Of a stretch of DNA of 64,000 nucleotides, positions 27,415 to 37,256 are shown in pieces. Source of the DNA: a candidate division FCPU426 bacterium (GTDB taxonomy: Bacteria; Oederibacteriota; Muellerivitia; Muellerivitales; Muellerivitaceae); assembly GCA_963847625.1 (NCBI GenBank), contig CAWKAR010000024.1, forward strand, positions 32,001-96,000, read 5' to 3'. A model generated the notes under the pieces. It was not told the origin of the DNA and did no database searches. It was given only the letters and a program-made list of their open reading frames with translations. The first letter of the stretch is position 1, and each line of letters starts with the position of its first letter. The translations under genes were made by a program, and so were the position numbers.

Positions 27415-28329
27415 CTATAGGAATCCGCAGTTTCTTTTCCACATGGGGTATTTCACCCTTTCCAAGGCGCTGTTGGATGTGAGGGTTTTAAATTCACTCT
27501 CCGGCATTTGGGCCGCTTTTTCCCTGGTCAACTCAAGGATTTCCCTGCGCGGTTTGAAGGATTCCTCCCGGCCGGAGGGAGCGTTCGCGTTATAGGGGCA
27601 TACCGTCTGGCACAAGTCACAGCCCGCCAGGTACCCATGAAGGTTCGTATCCTTGGGAAAATTGGACCGATGTTCCAGTGTGAGATAGCTGATGCACTTG
27701 GTGGCGTTTAAAACCCCGGGCTCTTCCAGGGCACGCACGGGGCAGGCGTCCAGGCAGGAAGCGCAGGTTTTGCAGAGGTTACCTACGGGTTCATCATAAA
27801 CCAGATCCGCGTCCGTCAGGATTTCCCCCAGGAACAGGAAAGACCCGAATTTTTTATTGAGAAGCAAAGTGTTTTTGCCGATCCAACCCAAGCCAGCCTG
27901 GGCCGCGTAACTTCGTTCCAAGATGGGGCCGGTATCCACGTACCATTTCGCCTTGGCCCCGGGAACCAGTTCCCGGCAAAGATATTGGCTTAGGGCTTCC
28001 AGCTTTTCACCCAGGACCATGTGGTAGTCCTTCCCCCAGGCGTAGCAGGAAATGGGATGCTTTTCGAGAAGAGGATAATGCTTCGGTATCGGATTATAAC
28101 TAAGGGCCAGACAGAATAGGGATTTTGCGTCTGGAAGAAGCGACCGGGGATCGCCCCGTTCGGCCTTGCGCCTTTCCAAATAACCCATTTCCCCGGCGTA
28201 TCCCCGCCCCAGCCATTCGAGGTAATAAGAATAATCAAGTGAGGGAATCGCAGGGGTTGCCCCGGCCAGTTCAAAGCCGAGTGCGTGGGATTTTTCCTTG
28301 AGACTTTGGGTGACCCCGAGGGCATCCAT
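27415..28329 (-). CDS. queG: Epoxyqueuosine reductase
   Basis: YAWGKDYH, VDTGPILER, GLGWIGKN, CKTCASCLDACP, GCDLCQTVCPYN; start re-set to ATG at 28329. Confidence 0.93.
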   Translation of the reverse strand: MDALGVTQSLKEKSHALGFELAGATPAIPSLDYSYYLEWLGRGYAGEMGYLERRKAERGDPRSLLPDAKSLFCLALSYNPIPKHYPLLEKHPISCYAWGKDYHMVLGEKLEALSQYLCRELVPGAKAKWYVDTGPILERSYAAQAGLGWIGKNTLLLNKKFGSFLFLGEILTDADLVYDEPVGNLCKTCASCLDACPVRALEEPGVLNATKCISYLTLEHRSNFPKDTNLHGYLAGCDLCQTVCPYNANAPSGREESFKPRREILELTREKAAQMPESEFKTLTSNSALERVKYPMWKRNCGFL

Positions 28330-28865
28330 CAAGACTTGAATTTGGAGTAGGTTTGTCCAACCGCGCTGGAAAAGGCCAGGACCGCGACCACTATGACCAG
28401 GATCCTGAGCTGGAGGGGGACAGCGAAATACGCCAAGACGGCCAAGAGCACCACCGCCCAGGAAAAAGCCAGCCAAAGATACTCGCCGATAGGACTTTTA
28501 GAAGGCTGGAGCTTCCGGACCTTGGCGGCGATTTCGAGGGCGTCAAAACTTTCCCCCGTGGAGGAATCAGTCACGGTGCCGCCCACTTCCGTGAGTAGGA
28601 TGTGGGTCAAGTGCAACCGGAGAATGGAGGAGGATGCGGGAGAATCGTTGGGGATACTTAGGGTAAATTGGGGATTTTCTTGGTTAAAAGTCATGTAACA
28701 TTCGATTTCCGGCGGGCCTGGCTCAAAAAAGCGGATGATTTCCCATTGGTCCACCGTGCCCGTGACGTTGATTTCCACGGGGATCCCTCGGTTATGAATC
28801 TCCTCCAAAAGGAAAGTCGCGGACGGCAAGCGCTTATTTCCCGGTTTGAGGATGTAATCAGACAT
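28329..28865 (-). CDS. Hypothetical protein with two C-terminal TM helices
   Basis: Stop overlaps the queG start (TGATG). Confidence 0.7.
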   Translation of the reverse strand: MSDYILKPGNKRLPSATFLLEEIHNRGIPVEINVTGTVDQWEIIRFFEPGPPEIECYMTFNQENPQFTLSIPNDSPASSSILRLHLTHILLTEVGGTVTDSSTGESFDALEIAAKVRKLQPSKSPIGEYLWLAFSWAVVLLAVLAYFAVPLQLRILVIVVAVLAFSSAVGQTYSKFKS

Positions 28866-28953
28866 GGAAAACTCCGCGGAATTATTAAAGGGTGGAAAAA
28901 CCCCCGGAATCACTTTTCCGGTTGATTATAAACCCAACAGGGGGTTGGGTTGG

Positions 28954-29173
28954 CTAACAGTTTTCTGAAAAAGTCCCTAAGACAGACTTTTTCCCTCATG
29001 CCACTTTGAAAATATATCAAAGGGCATGAGGACGTCCCCATTTTCCTGGTAAAAGTTCGAACAATGATAAATGGGGGCAGCTGACGATATTTATGGAAAC
29101 CCCACGATTCCTGCGGAATCTTTGGGTTCGCAGGCTGCTTTGTGGCCTATTTTTATTTTTTGGCAGCCTGCTA
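28954..29173. mobile_element. MITE-like element with internal insert
   Basis: Shares CTGAAAAAGTCC..AGACTTTT and ACCCCACGATTCC.GCGGAATCTTTGGG..GGCAGCCTGCTA with 20379-20512. Confidence 0.7.
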
Positions 29174-29283
29174 AACAAAAAGAAGCGGAGAACGGATAAC
29201 CGCCTTTTTGTGCCTTTAACCGATTTGTTCCTTGGGTTGATTCATGGGCCCAATTAGGATTCGCACCTGGCAGGACTTAAACC

Positions 29284-30177
29284 CTAATTAGCCGAGGTCC
29301 TGAGGGCCCTGCGGGCGTTCCTGAGGCTCCAGGGATCGTTGTTTAAAACCAAAACCTTTTCGTAAAAGATCCTAGCCTCCCTCTTCTTTCCCAATTCCGC
29401 CAGGATATTCCCGATGTTGCACAGGACCAGGCTGTTTTGGGGGTCCTTTTGGCTGGCGATCAGGAGGTATTTCAGGGCGTGGGGCCAATCTTTTTCCTGG
29501 GCGAAATAAGCCGCCAGTGAGTTATAGGGAGCCGGATGATCCGGATAGAAGGTCATCGTCAACCTGGAAAGGCGGCGGGCTTTTTCGAGGCTTTGCGGCT
29601 CGCCCTGGTCCAGGTAATAGGACGTGTAGGCCTGGACGGATTCGGGAAGGAACCGCTTGGGCTGGTCCGGCAGTCCTTGGTTTTGAGTCCACCTTAATCT
29701 TTTGGGATGCCGTGAGCCGTATTGGAAGGACTGGACGAGAATACTGTATTGGGACTCGAAATCCCCCATGACCTGGTACAGGCGGGACAATTTATAGTAG
29801 ACATCCAGGCGGTCCGGGGAAACCCGCAGGGCATTTTTCCAGTATTCAGCCGCCTGCAACAGGGAAGGGAAGTCGTAATTCTTCCTCGCGGCGGATCCGG
29901 CGGCCCCGGAATAACGGATGACGACCTTATTCCTGGCCCGCTTTCTCCCGGAGGGAAAAATCCGGCTCCTTTCGGCATACTTGAAAATGTAGTCTCCACA
30001 CTCGATCAAACCTTCCACGTTTTGGCCGCCGGAATCACCCCATGTCCCGAGAATCGGCTCCAATTCCGGGAGGGGTCCTTTGGCCCGGGGTTCGAAAAAA
30101 GCCAGGCACAAATCGGCGGCTCCCAGGTAGAGCACGCCACACAGAAAACCAAAGGCGATATAAGAAAAAGGTTTCAT
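29284..30177 (-). CDS. TPR-repeat protein
   Basis: N-terminal hydrophobic segment, several TPR motifs. Confidence 0.75.
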   Translation of the reverse strand: MKPFSYIAFGFLCGVLYLGAADLCLAFFEPRAKGPLPELEPILGTWGDSGGQNVEGLIECGDYIFKYAERSRIFPSGRKRARNKVVIRYSGAAGSAARKNYDFPSLLQAAEYWKNALRVSPDRLDVYYKLSRLYQVMGDFESQYSILVQSFQYGSRHPKRLRWTQNQGLPDQPKRFLPESVQAYTSYYLDQGEPQSLEKARRLSRLTMTFYPDHPAPYNSLAAYFAQEKDWPHALKYLLIASQKDPQNSLVLCNIGNILAELGKKREARIFYEKVLVLNNDPWSLRNARRALRTSAN

Positions 30178-30236
30178 CCCGCCCCATTTCCGGTTTTGGG
30201 ATGAATCGAACTTCCGGGTTATTGAATTTCGAGGCA

Positions 30237-30731
30237 TCAAACGATCAAACCCGCTTCCCGGATGAGGAGAAAGAAATAAAAAGTTCCGCCGATGACGACG
30301 CCCAAATTGAAAAGGCTGGAGGCGAGGTGGGCCAAACCGAAGGAGCGGGTGAGTTCCGCCAACTTTCCAGGGGCCTGGCTGGATTCCTGGCGCAGGACCT
30401 GGATTTCCAACCTTAACCGCCCGGTCCTGGGGCCGATCCATAAACCTTGGGCAAGGGAAAAAAGCAGCATCAGGCAAAGAACGGTGATTTTAGCGCAATC
30501 CATCGGGGCGTAATGGCTCAGGGGATGGAGCAAGTGGAAAGTGAGTACCAGAAAAGCGCCACAGAGGTAGCTGATCCAGTAATAGATCGGAAAAAGACGG
30601 CTTTGGACCTCGCCAAAAAGCTGGTGGGAAAGCGTTTTGAAAAGCAGGGGGGCTTGGACAAAGGTGAAATAAAGCATGGTCCCGTACCAAAAAGTGAAAA
30701 CGAACAAATGCAAAATCCTCAAGTAGGCCAT
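30237..30731 (-). CDS. DUF4149/TMEM205-like membrane protein
   Basis: APLLFKTL..FGEVQSRLFPIY, FGLAHLASS. Confidence 0.8.
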   Translation of the reverse strand: MAYLRILHLFVFTFWYGTMLYFTFVQAPLLFKTLSHQLFGEVQSRLFPIYYWISYLCGAFLVLTFHLLHPLSHYAPMDCAKITVLCLMLLFSLAQGLWIGPRTGRLRLEIQVLRQESSQAPGKLAELTRSFGLAHLASSLFNLGVVIGGTFYFFLLIREAGLIV

Positions 30732-30875
30732 TCATCACCCCGCATGGTTTTTTGTCATTGTAAAAGGGCTTGGAACGCTTGGCAATGCATTGGGTTTGAA
30801 CCCCGGCGGGAGTTGTTATAATACATTTTTCCCTGAGCCGTGGTTTAGCGCAACGAAACCAAACGATAAAGGATA

Positions 30876-31583
30876 ATGATGCCATATTTGGTGGAAGTAA
30901 AGAACCTGTCCAAGACCTACCTTGCCGAAGGGGGAAATGTCATGGCCTTGAAGGACGTGAGTTTCCGCGTCAAGGCCGGGGAATTCATCACCGTCACGGG
31001 CCCATCCGGTTGCGGCAAAAGCACACTCCTGCATCTGCTGGGGGGGATGGAGGTTCCCACCGGGGGGGAGATTCTATTTGACAGCCGCCCCCTTGAATCC
31101 TTCGGGGATAAGGAACTCAGCTTGTTCCGCCGTTCATCCGTGGGCTTCGTCTTCCAGTTTTTCAACCTTTTGGAAACCTTCACCGCCCTGGAAAACGTGG
31201 AATTACCGCTTTTGCTGGCGGGGCGTTCCAGGAAGGAGACCCGTAAAAAGGCGGAAAAAATCCTGGACCAGGTGGGCCTCCTCGACCAACGCCATCGCCG
31301 GCCCCACCAGCTTTCCGGGGGGGAACAGCAACGCGTGGCGATCGCCCGGGCGCTGGTCCATAGGCCCAAGCTTCTCCTGGCCGATGAGCCGACCGGAAAC
31401 CTCGATACCGCCAACGGCCAAGCCGTCCTGAAGATTCTTTCCCAGGTTGCCAAGTCGGAAGGAAGCGCCGTCCTGATGGCCACCCATAACCGTGAAACAG
31501 GCGGCATCGGAGATACCCACCTTTTCCTAAGGGACGGCCAGGTTACCGGCCTTTATCCCCAGAAGAAAAGCGCCCATGGGTAA
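30876..31583 (+). CDS. ABC transporter ATP-binding protein (LolD/MacB-like)
   Basis: [27 protein letters not shown]. Confidence 0.95.
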   Translation: MMPYLVEVKNLSKTYLAEGGNVMALKDVSFRVKAGEFITVTGPSGCGKSTLLHLLGGMEVPTGGEILFDSRPLESFGDKELSLFRRSSVGFVFQFFNLLETFTALENVELPLLLAGRSRKETRKKAEKILDQVGLLDQRHRRPHQLSGGEQQRVAIARALVHRPKLLLADEPTGNLDTANGQAVLKILSQVAKSEGSAVLMATHNRETGGIGDTHLFLRDGQVTGLYPQKKSAHG

Positions 31584-34167
31584 ACCCGGCCTCCTCCGGT
31601 TGTTTTCCCGCTTGGTTTTCCGGCATTTCCAGCAGGACCCTATCCGATGCCTCCTGACCCTGTTGGGGATTTCCCTGGGAATCGCCCTCGTGACGGCCAT
31701 CCGCCTGTCCAGCGGCGCGGTCCTTTCCTCGTTCGAGGATTCGGTGGACCTCATGGCGGGCAAGGCCAACCTGACGGTGCGCCAGAAGGGGGTGCCTTTC
31801 ACCGAGGAATGGATGGCCCGGCTGGCTCCAAGCCGAAAACCCGGGGCCATCCTGATGCCTGTGGTTTGGGGCAAGCTCGCGGCCGCCGAAAACCCAAAGG
31901 ACCTGTTATCGGTATTGGGGACCGACCTTCTCAAGGATGACCAGATCCGGGACTACGAGGTTTTGGGCAAGGATGACAAGCCGCTGGGGCGGGAAGATTT
32001 TTTAAAGATCCTGCCGGAACCCGATGCCATTATCCTCACGAAAAAGTTCGCCCTCCTCCACCATCTCAAGGCCGGGGATAAGGCCCCCTTCCTTTCGGGC
32101 GACCAAACCCGGAAACTTCAGGTCGCGGGCTTGTTGTCCGACCAAGGGGCAGGCCGGGCCCTGGACGGCTCTTTCGCAGTCATGGATATCGCGGCGGCCC
32201 AGGAGGTTTTCGGCAAGCAGGGCGTCCTGGACGAGATCCAATGGGCCGTGAAAAAAGAGGCGGACCGCGCCCAGTTGGAAAAAGATCTCCGGGAAAAACT
32301 TCCCCCTTCTTTTCTCGTGGAGAGGCCTTCCCGCCGCAACTTGCAGGTGGAGAAAATGTTGAGGGCATTCCATGCCAACCTGTTGGCGCTCGCGCTGGTG
32401 TCCCTCGGAGTGGGTTTTTTCCTGGTTTACAATTCCATGTCCATCGCCGTATTGCGTCATTCCAGGGACTTAGGGCTATTGCGGGCCCTGGGGCTGAACC
32501 GGTCCAAAATCCTGGCCCTCGTCTTGTTTGAGGCCTCGGCTTACGGGGCGGGAGGCGCTTTCCTGGGATTGTTTTTGGGGAAGGCCATGGCTTCTGGAGT
32601 CCTGCGCCTGGTGGGCGGCACGGCCCGGGACCTGTATCTTTTCGCGCCGGTTGGAAACCATATTCCGGGGGTGGGTTTTGCGGCCCTCTGGGCTTTCCTG
32701 GGAGCGGTCCTCGTGGTAGCCGCGTCTTTCCCCCCGGCCTACTCGGCCTCCCTCATCGAGCCGTCGCTTGCGCTTCGCCCCGGGCACGCGCAGTCGCGGA
32801 TGGGAAAAAGGGCCTGGCCCCTGGCAGTCGCCGGATTTATTTGCCTCGCGGCCGGCGGGGGCCTGTACCGATTGCCGCCTTTCCGGGGCCTTCCCCTGGG
32901 CGGTTACGCCACGGCGTTTTTTCTCCTTTTAGGCGCGTCGTTCCTGACGCCTTTTTTCATCCGCAGCCTGTTCGGCCTGGCAGAGAAACTGGCCGGAAAC
33001 CGACTGCCCCTCAGCCTCCGGCTGGCCTACAAGAACCTGCTCGCGGGATTGGGTAAATCCAGCGTGGCCGTCAGCGCCCTGGCCATGGGAGTGGCCCTGC
33101 TGGTCAGCGTGACCGTCATGGTGGGGAGCTTCCGCGAGACCGTGACCCTCTGGCTGGGACAAACCCTGAGGGCGAACCTCTACCTGAAACCGGCGTCGGA
33201 TACCGCGGGGGGATTGGAAGGACTCATCATCCCCGGGACGATCTCCGCGGTCGCCGCCACCGAAGGGGTCCAGGCGGTGGAAAGGCTCAGGGGCATCCAA
33301 TACCCCTGGAAGGGAGGCGACCTGTACCTGGCCGCCTTCGACATGGACGTGCTTGAAAAATACGGCAACCTGGTTTTCAAGACCGGGGGGACCCCGGCTT
33401 TCCTGATGGATGGAATCCGGGGGAAAAAGGCGGTGGTAATCTCCGAACCCTTGGAACTCAAGGAACATTTGAAAGTGGGCGACTTTTTCCCCCTGGAAAC
33501 CCCCTCGGGGCCCGTTTCCCTTTTTATCCGGGCCGTTTACTTCGACTATTCCAACGACCGGGGGACCCTGCTGATGGACCGGAAGGTTTACGCGAACCTC
33601 TTCAACGACGAGGGCGTCAACGGAGTGGCTGTTTACCTGAAGCCCGGCTTGGACGCCGAGGCGGCCCGGCAGAAAATCCTGGCCGGATTGCCCCCTGGAA
33701 CCCAGATCTTCGCGCGTTCCAACGCGGCCCTGAAAAAGGAAGTCATGGGGATTTTCGACAGGACCTTCACCATCACCTATGCCATGGAAATCATCGCGGT
33801 CCTGGTGGCGGTGCTTGGCGTCCTCACAACGCTCGCGGCCTTGATCCTGGGCCGGAAAGGGGAAATCACGGTGCTCCGCTGCCTGGGAGCCACCCAGGGC
33901 CAGGTCCAGACGAGTATCTTCTGGGAGGCGGGGTGGATGGGAATCCTGGGAATCGCCCTCGGGCTCGGTTTGGGATTCCTGTTGGCCCTACTTTTGATTT
34001 ACGTCATCAACGTCCAATCCTTTGGCTGGACCATCCAGTGGCACGTGCCCTGGGGTTTGTTGGCCAAGGACATCGGATGGGTGGCGGCGGCCACGCTTTT
34101 GGCGGGAATCTACCCGGCGCGCTTAGCTCTTCGCGTACGCTCCATCAGGGAGGTGAATCCCGAATGA
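31576..34167 (+). CDS. ABC transporter permease with two FtsX domains
   Basis: Duplicated MacB-PCD/FtsX layout, LRALG and LRCLG motifs. Confidence 0.92.
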   Translation: MGKPGLLRLFSRLVFRHFQQDPIRCLLTLLGISLGIALVTAIRLSSGAVLSSFEDSVDLMAGKANLTVRQKGVPFTEEWMARLAPSRKPGAILMPVVWGKLAAAENPKDLLSVLGTDLLKDDQIRDYEVLGKDDKPLGREDFLKILPEPDAIILTKKFALLHHLKAGDKAPFLSGDQTRKLQVAGLLSDQGAGRALDGSFAVMDIAAAQEVFGKQGVLDEIQWAVKKEADRAQLEKDLREKLPPSFLVERPSRRNLQVEKMLRAFHANLLALALVSLGVGFFLVYNSMSIAVLRHSRDLGLLRALGLNRSKILALVLFEASAYGAGGAFLGLFLGKAMASGVLRLVGGTARDLYLFAPVGNHIPGVGFAALWAFLGAVLVVAASFPPAYSASLIEPSLALRPGHAQSRMGKRAWPLAVAGFICLAAGGGLYRLPPFRGLPLGGYATAFFLLLGASFLTPFFIRSLFGLAEKLAGNRLPLSLRLAYKNLLAGLGKSSVAVSALAMGVALLVSVTVMVGSFRETVTLWLGQTLRANLYLKPASDTAGGLEGLIIPGTISAVAATEGVQAVERLRGIQYPWKGGDLYLAAFDMDVLEKYGNLVFKTGGTPAFLMDGIRGKKAVVISEPLELKEHLKVGDFFPLETPSGPVSLFIRAVYFDYSNDRGTLLMDRKVYANLFNDEGVNGVAVYLKPGLDAEAARQKILAGLPPGTQIFARSNAALKKEVMGIFDRTFTITYAMEIIAVLVAVLGVLTTLAALILGRKGEITVLRCLGATQGQVQTSIFWEAGWMGILGIALGLGLGFLLALLLIYVINVQSFGWTIQWHVPWGLLAKDIGWVAAATLLAGIYPARLALRVRSIREVNPE

Positions 34168-35306
34168 CGGCGGCGAAAACATCCTCGAGACATCTTCCTT
34201 TCCGTCGAATCGGGTTGGTCCTGCTTTTAACCCTGCCTTTGGTTCCGGGGGGAGAAAGCCGTGCCGGGGCGCCCCAGGGAAAAAATTACCCTCCCGTCAA
34301 GCCGGGATATTCCTGGAAGTTTCCCCGGGATTTCGGAAGCCACCCCGAGTACCAAACCGAGTGGTGGTATTACACCGGCCACCTTCAAACCGAGGAAGGG
34401 AACCGGTTTGGTTTTGAGCTGACTTTCTTCCGGGTGGGGCTGGATCCCGCCGCGCGCAACCCCTCTTCCTTCACGGCCAAGGACCTCTATTTCGCCCATT
34501 TCGCGGTCTCCGACCTCAAAAACCACCGGTTTTGGTACGCGGAAAAAATGAACCGGCCTGGGCCGGGATTGGCGGGGGCCAAAGTCAGCACCCTGGATAC
34601 CTGGAACGAGGATTGGCGCGTTTTCCGGGAAGGCGCTTCCCACCACTTGACCGCGCAAGGGGAACCATTCGGGTTGGATTTGAAAGTCCAATCGTCCATC
34701 CCGGTCATCCTCCACGGTATCAAGGGATACAGCCGCAAAGGTCCCTCGCCCGGGAACACATCCCAGTATTTTTCCCTTCCTTTACTAACGGCCCAAGGGA
34801 CCCTTCGAGTGGGTTCCCGGGACCATCAGGCGGCAGGGAAAGCCTGGATGGACCATGAGTTTTTCTCGGGAAAAATCGACCCCGAAGAGACGGGGTGGGA
34901 CTGGTTTGGCCTGCAATTTTCGGACTCCACGGAACTGATGCTTTACCGCGTCCGCATGAAGGATGGCACGATTCATCCTGTCTCCAGCGGGACCTGGGTG
35001 GACGCCAAGGGCAAGGCCGTTCATTTGGACAGCAAGGCCATCCAAACGGAAGTTTTAAAAACCTGGAAGAGTCCCCGCACGGGGGCGGTCTATCCCATCC
35101 GGTGGAAAATCAGCGTTCCGACCCTTCATTTGGATTTTGAGGCCGCGGCGGATTTTCCGGATCAGGAACTCGACACAAACCAAAGCACCCGATTGGTTTA
35201 TTGGGAGGGATCGGTCGGCGTGAAGGGAAAAAGGGGGTGCGAGCTCCTCCAGGGCGAGGGGTACATGGAACTGACAGGGTACGACAAGAAGTTCAATGGG
35301 TTTTAA
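34164..35306 (+). CDS. AttH/CrtC-like lipocalin-domain protein
   Basis: FPRDFGSHPEYQTEWWYYTG, WMDHEF, GWDWF, YWEG, GYMELTGY; ATGA overlap with the permease. Confidence 0.9.
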   Translation: MTAAKTSSRHLPFRRIGLVLLLTLPLVPGGESRAGAPQGKNYPPVKPGYSWKFPRDFGSHPEYQTEWWYYTGHLQTEEGNRFGFELTFFRVGLDPAARNPSSFTAKDLYFAHFAVSDLKNHRFWYAEKMNRPGPGLAGAKVSTLDTWNEDWRVFREGASHHLTAQGEPFGLDLKVQSSIPVILHGIKGYSRKGPSPGNTSQYFSLPLLTAQGTLRVGSRDHQAAGKAWMDHEFFSGKIDPEETGWDWFGLQFSDSTELMLYRVRMKDGTIHPVSSGTWVDAKGKAVHLDSKAIQTEVLKTWKSPRTGAVYPIRWKISVPTLHLDFEAAADFPDQELDTNQSTRLVYWEGSVGVKGKRGCELLQGEGYMELTGYDKKFNGF

Positions 35307-35397
35307 TTTTGGAATTTTGGAAGTTTACCAAACACTTTTGGGATTAAACGCTTTCTGGGGTTTGAGCTTTGGTAAAGGTTTTTGATGCTTACATAAT

Positions 35398-35433
35398 AAA
35401 AAAAGCCGGGGGCCTTTCGGGCCGCCCGGCTTT
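35398..35433. terminator. Intrinsic terminator between convergent genes
   Basis: A-tract followed by AAAGCCGGG..CCCGGCTTT hairpin. Confidence 0.75.
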
Positions 35434-35456
35434 CAACAACATTTCAGTGATAGTGA

Positions 35457-35840
35457 TTATTGAGTGGGTGGCGCTGGCTCGGGGTTTTTCTCGTCGTAGA
35501 TGCTCTTGGATATTTCATTCAACTCCTGGTTGAGCTGCTTGAGCTGGTCCTCGGTCAATTCCCTTTTGCCGTTGGCTTGATAGTCCGCGAACATTTCTTT
35601 CTGGATCGACTTCAGCTGCTGGCGAAGGGCCTGGGCCTGCTGCTTGGTGAGCTTGCCGGTTTTGACCCCTTCATGGATGCGAAGCAATTGGTTCTTCATG
35701 CGCCAGTGGACCTCGCGGATGCGCGGATGGGGGTGCGCTACGGCGGGGCGGATCGCCGGGGCTTGGGTTCCGTCGGCCAAGGCAAAGCCAGCGGGAATCA
35801 GGAACAGCGAGGACAACGCTAAAACAATCAGTTTTTTCAT
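35457..35840 (-). CDS. Small secreted helical protein
   Basis: Signal peptide, GKLTKQQAQALR / ELTEDQLKQL repeats, GGAGG RBS. Confidence 0.8.
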   Translation of the reverse strand: MKKLIVLALSSLFLIPAGFALADGTQAPAIRPAVAHPHPRIREVHWRMKNQLLRIHEGVKTGKLTKQQAQALRQQLKSIQKEMFADYQANGKRELTEDQLKQLNQELNEISKSIYDEKNPEPAPPTQ

Positions 35841-36061
35841 GACTTCCTCCGTGAAAAATTAAATTTCCGAATCCACCCTATTAGACGTTCTGGGGCGGGG
35901 GAAAAGTTGCATGGAAAAAGCCCTTAAACCCTGTGGTTTGGAAGGACTTTTAATTATTTTTCAACGGGTTGTCATCAGGCAGTGGGGGATTGGCTTAGAA
36001 ACAGGCTTTCAAGCCGGGCAGATCAGCCCTTGTTTTAATCTATGACGATATGCCCAGTTCT

Positions 36062-37036
36062 CTACTCGATGTTGTAAACCAGGCCGAAAGAGAAACCCTT
36101 GAAAGGCTGGCTGGTGGGGGTGGCATAGGTCACAGTCTTGCCCAATATATAACTGTAAACCGTGCCGGCGGGGTAATCTTCCTGGCCCGTTTGACCCGAT
36201 ATTTCGAACTCGAAATTTTTAAGGAAGGTGAGGTTCACGCCAAAGGTGATGGAACGGACCTTGTCCTCTTGGTTCAACTTTTTTACAATCGTATGAGTGA
36301 TGTTCTGAGCTTGATAAGTATCGTCGTAGGCCTGCTGGGACGACAGGGTCAAGGTCAGGAAATCCGCCGGAAGTAAAGTCAGGAAGATCCCCGGCGTAAA
36401 GTTACCCCCGTCTATTTCGATGATCTTGTCGGAGGAGCCCAATATCTGGGAAAGGGGGCCCTGGTGACTATTCAATCCTCCCGCAAGGGTTAACCCGGCC
36501 TCCAGAGGATCCCAGATCATGAATCCGAAGGTCAGGGTGGCGGTGTTGGAATTAAGCGCGGAAGCGCCCCTCTGTAAATCCATCTCCAAAGAAGGCAGGA
36601 ATGAACCCAAACCCAAGCCGCCCGCCATGGTCAGCTCTCCATAAGCCGTGTCCGCTCCTTCCACTTTTTGTTGGCCACCCACAAGGCCCACGGAACTGTA
36701 ATGACCGCTCTCGGTGAAATTGTAAGTGCCGGTAAAATTCATTTCCCGGGTGATTTGCCCCTGGCCCGCTTGGCTGGGCTGGTTGGAATAAGTAAGGCCC
36801 ACTTGGCCGGTCCAATGGGGAGTAAAGTTGTTTACCTCCTTTTCTATTTGATCCAGCAGTTTCACATCCTCGGCAGCATCATTGTCCGCCTGGGAGGATG
36901 AGGAATTCGGAGCGCTTTGGAGGGTTTTTCCCCCGTTGACGTTCGCTCCGGCTGCCCCGTGGGCATAGGCCGCAATCGCCAATAAAATCGCCAGCATGAA
37001 TGGCGAAAGAAATAAAAAACGAAAAGATTTATTCAT
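36062..37036 (-). CDS. Probable outer-membrane beta-barrel protein
   Basis: AGGAG RBS, signal peptide, amphipathic beta-strands. Confidence 0.65.
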   Translation of the reverse strand: MNKSFRFLFLSPFMLAILLAIAAYAHGAAGANVNGGKTLQSAPNSSSSQADNDAAEDVKLLDQIEKEVNNFTPHWTGQVGLTYSNQPSQAGQGQITREMNFTGTYNFTESGHYSSVGLVGGQQKVEGADTAYGELTMAGGLGLGSFLPSLEMDLQRGASALNSNTATLTFGFMIWDPLEAGLTLAGGLNSHQGPLSQILGSSDKIIEIDGGNFTPGIFLTLLPADFLTLTLSSQQAYDDTYQAQNITHTIVKKLNQEDKVRSITFGVNLTFLKNFEFEISGQTGQEDYPAGTVYSYILGKTVTYATPTSQPFKGFSFGLVYNIE

Positions 37037-37256
37037 TGATGATCGCTCCTTTAGACTTGCTTTAAATGCGTAAGGCTTTTGGCGGTCAAAGCATGGAGTG
37101 CGTATTAATATGACGATTTTAAACCAATTATGTTTCACCCATTACAAAAGTTTGCGTTGACGGATACACGCCTTCGTGGCAATCTTTGGACCTGTTTTTT
37201 CCTGGTATTCACAACTGGGGAACAGGCCTTCATCTTTAAATAAGGGGAATTCATAA

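Noticed and set aside
33933..34163. N-terminal extensions in the ORF track (also for opcA, emrA, queG)
   Set aside because: They overlap upstream genes; starts coupled to the upstream stop codon fit better.
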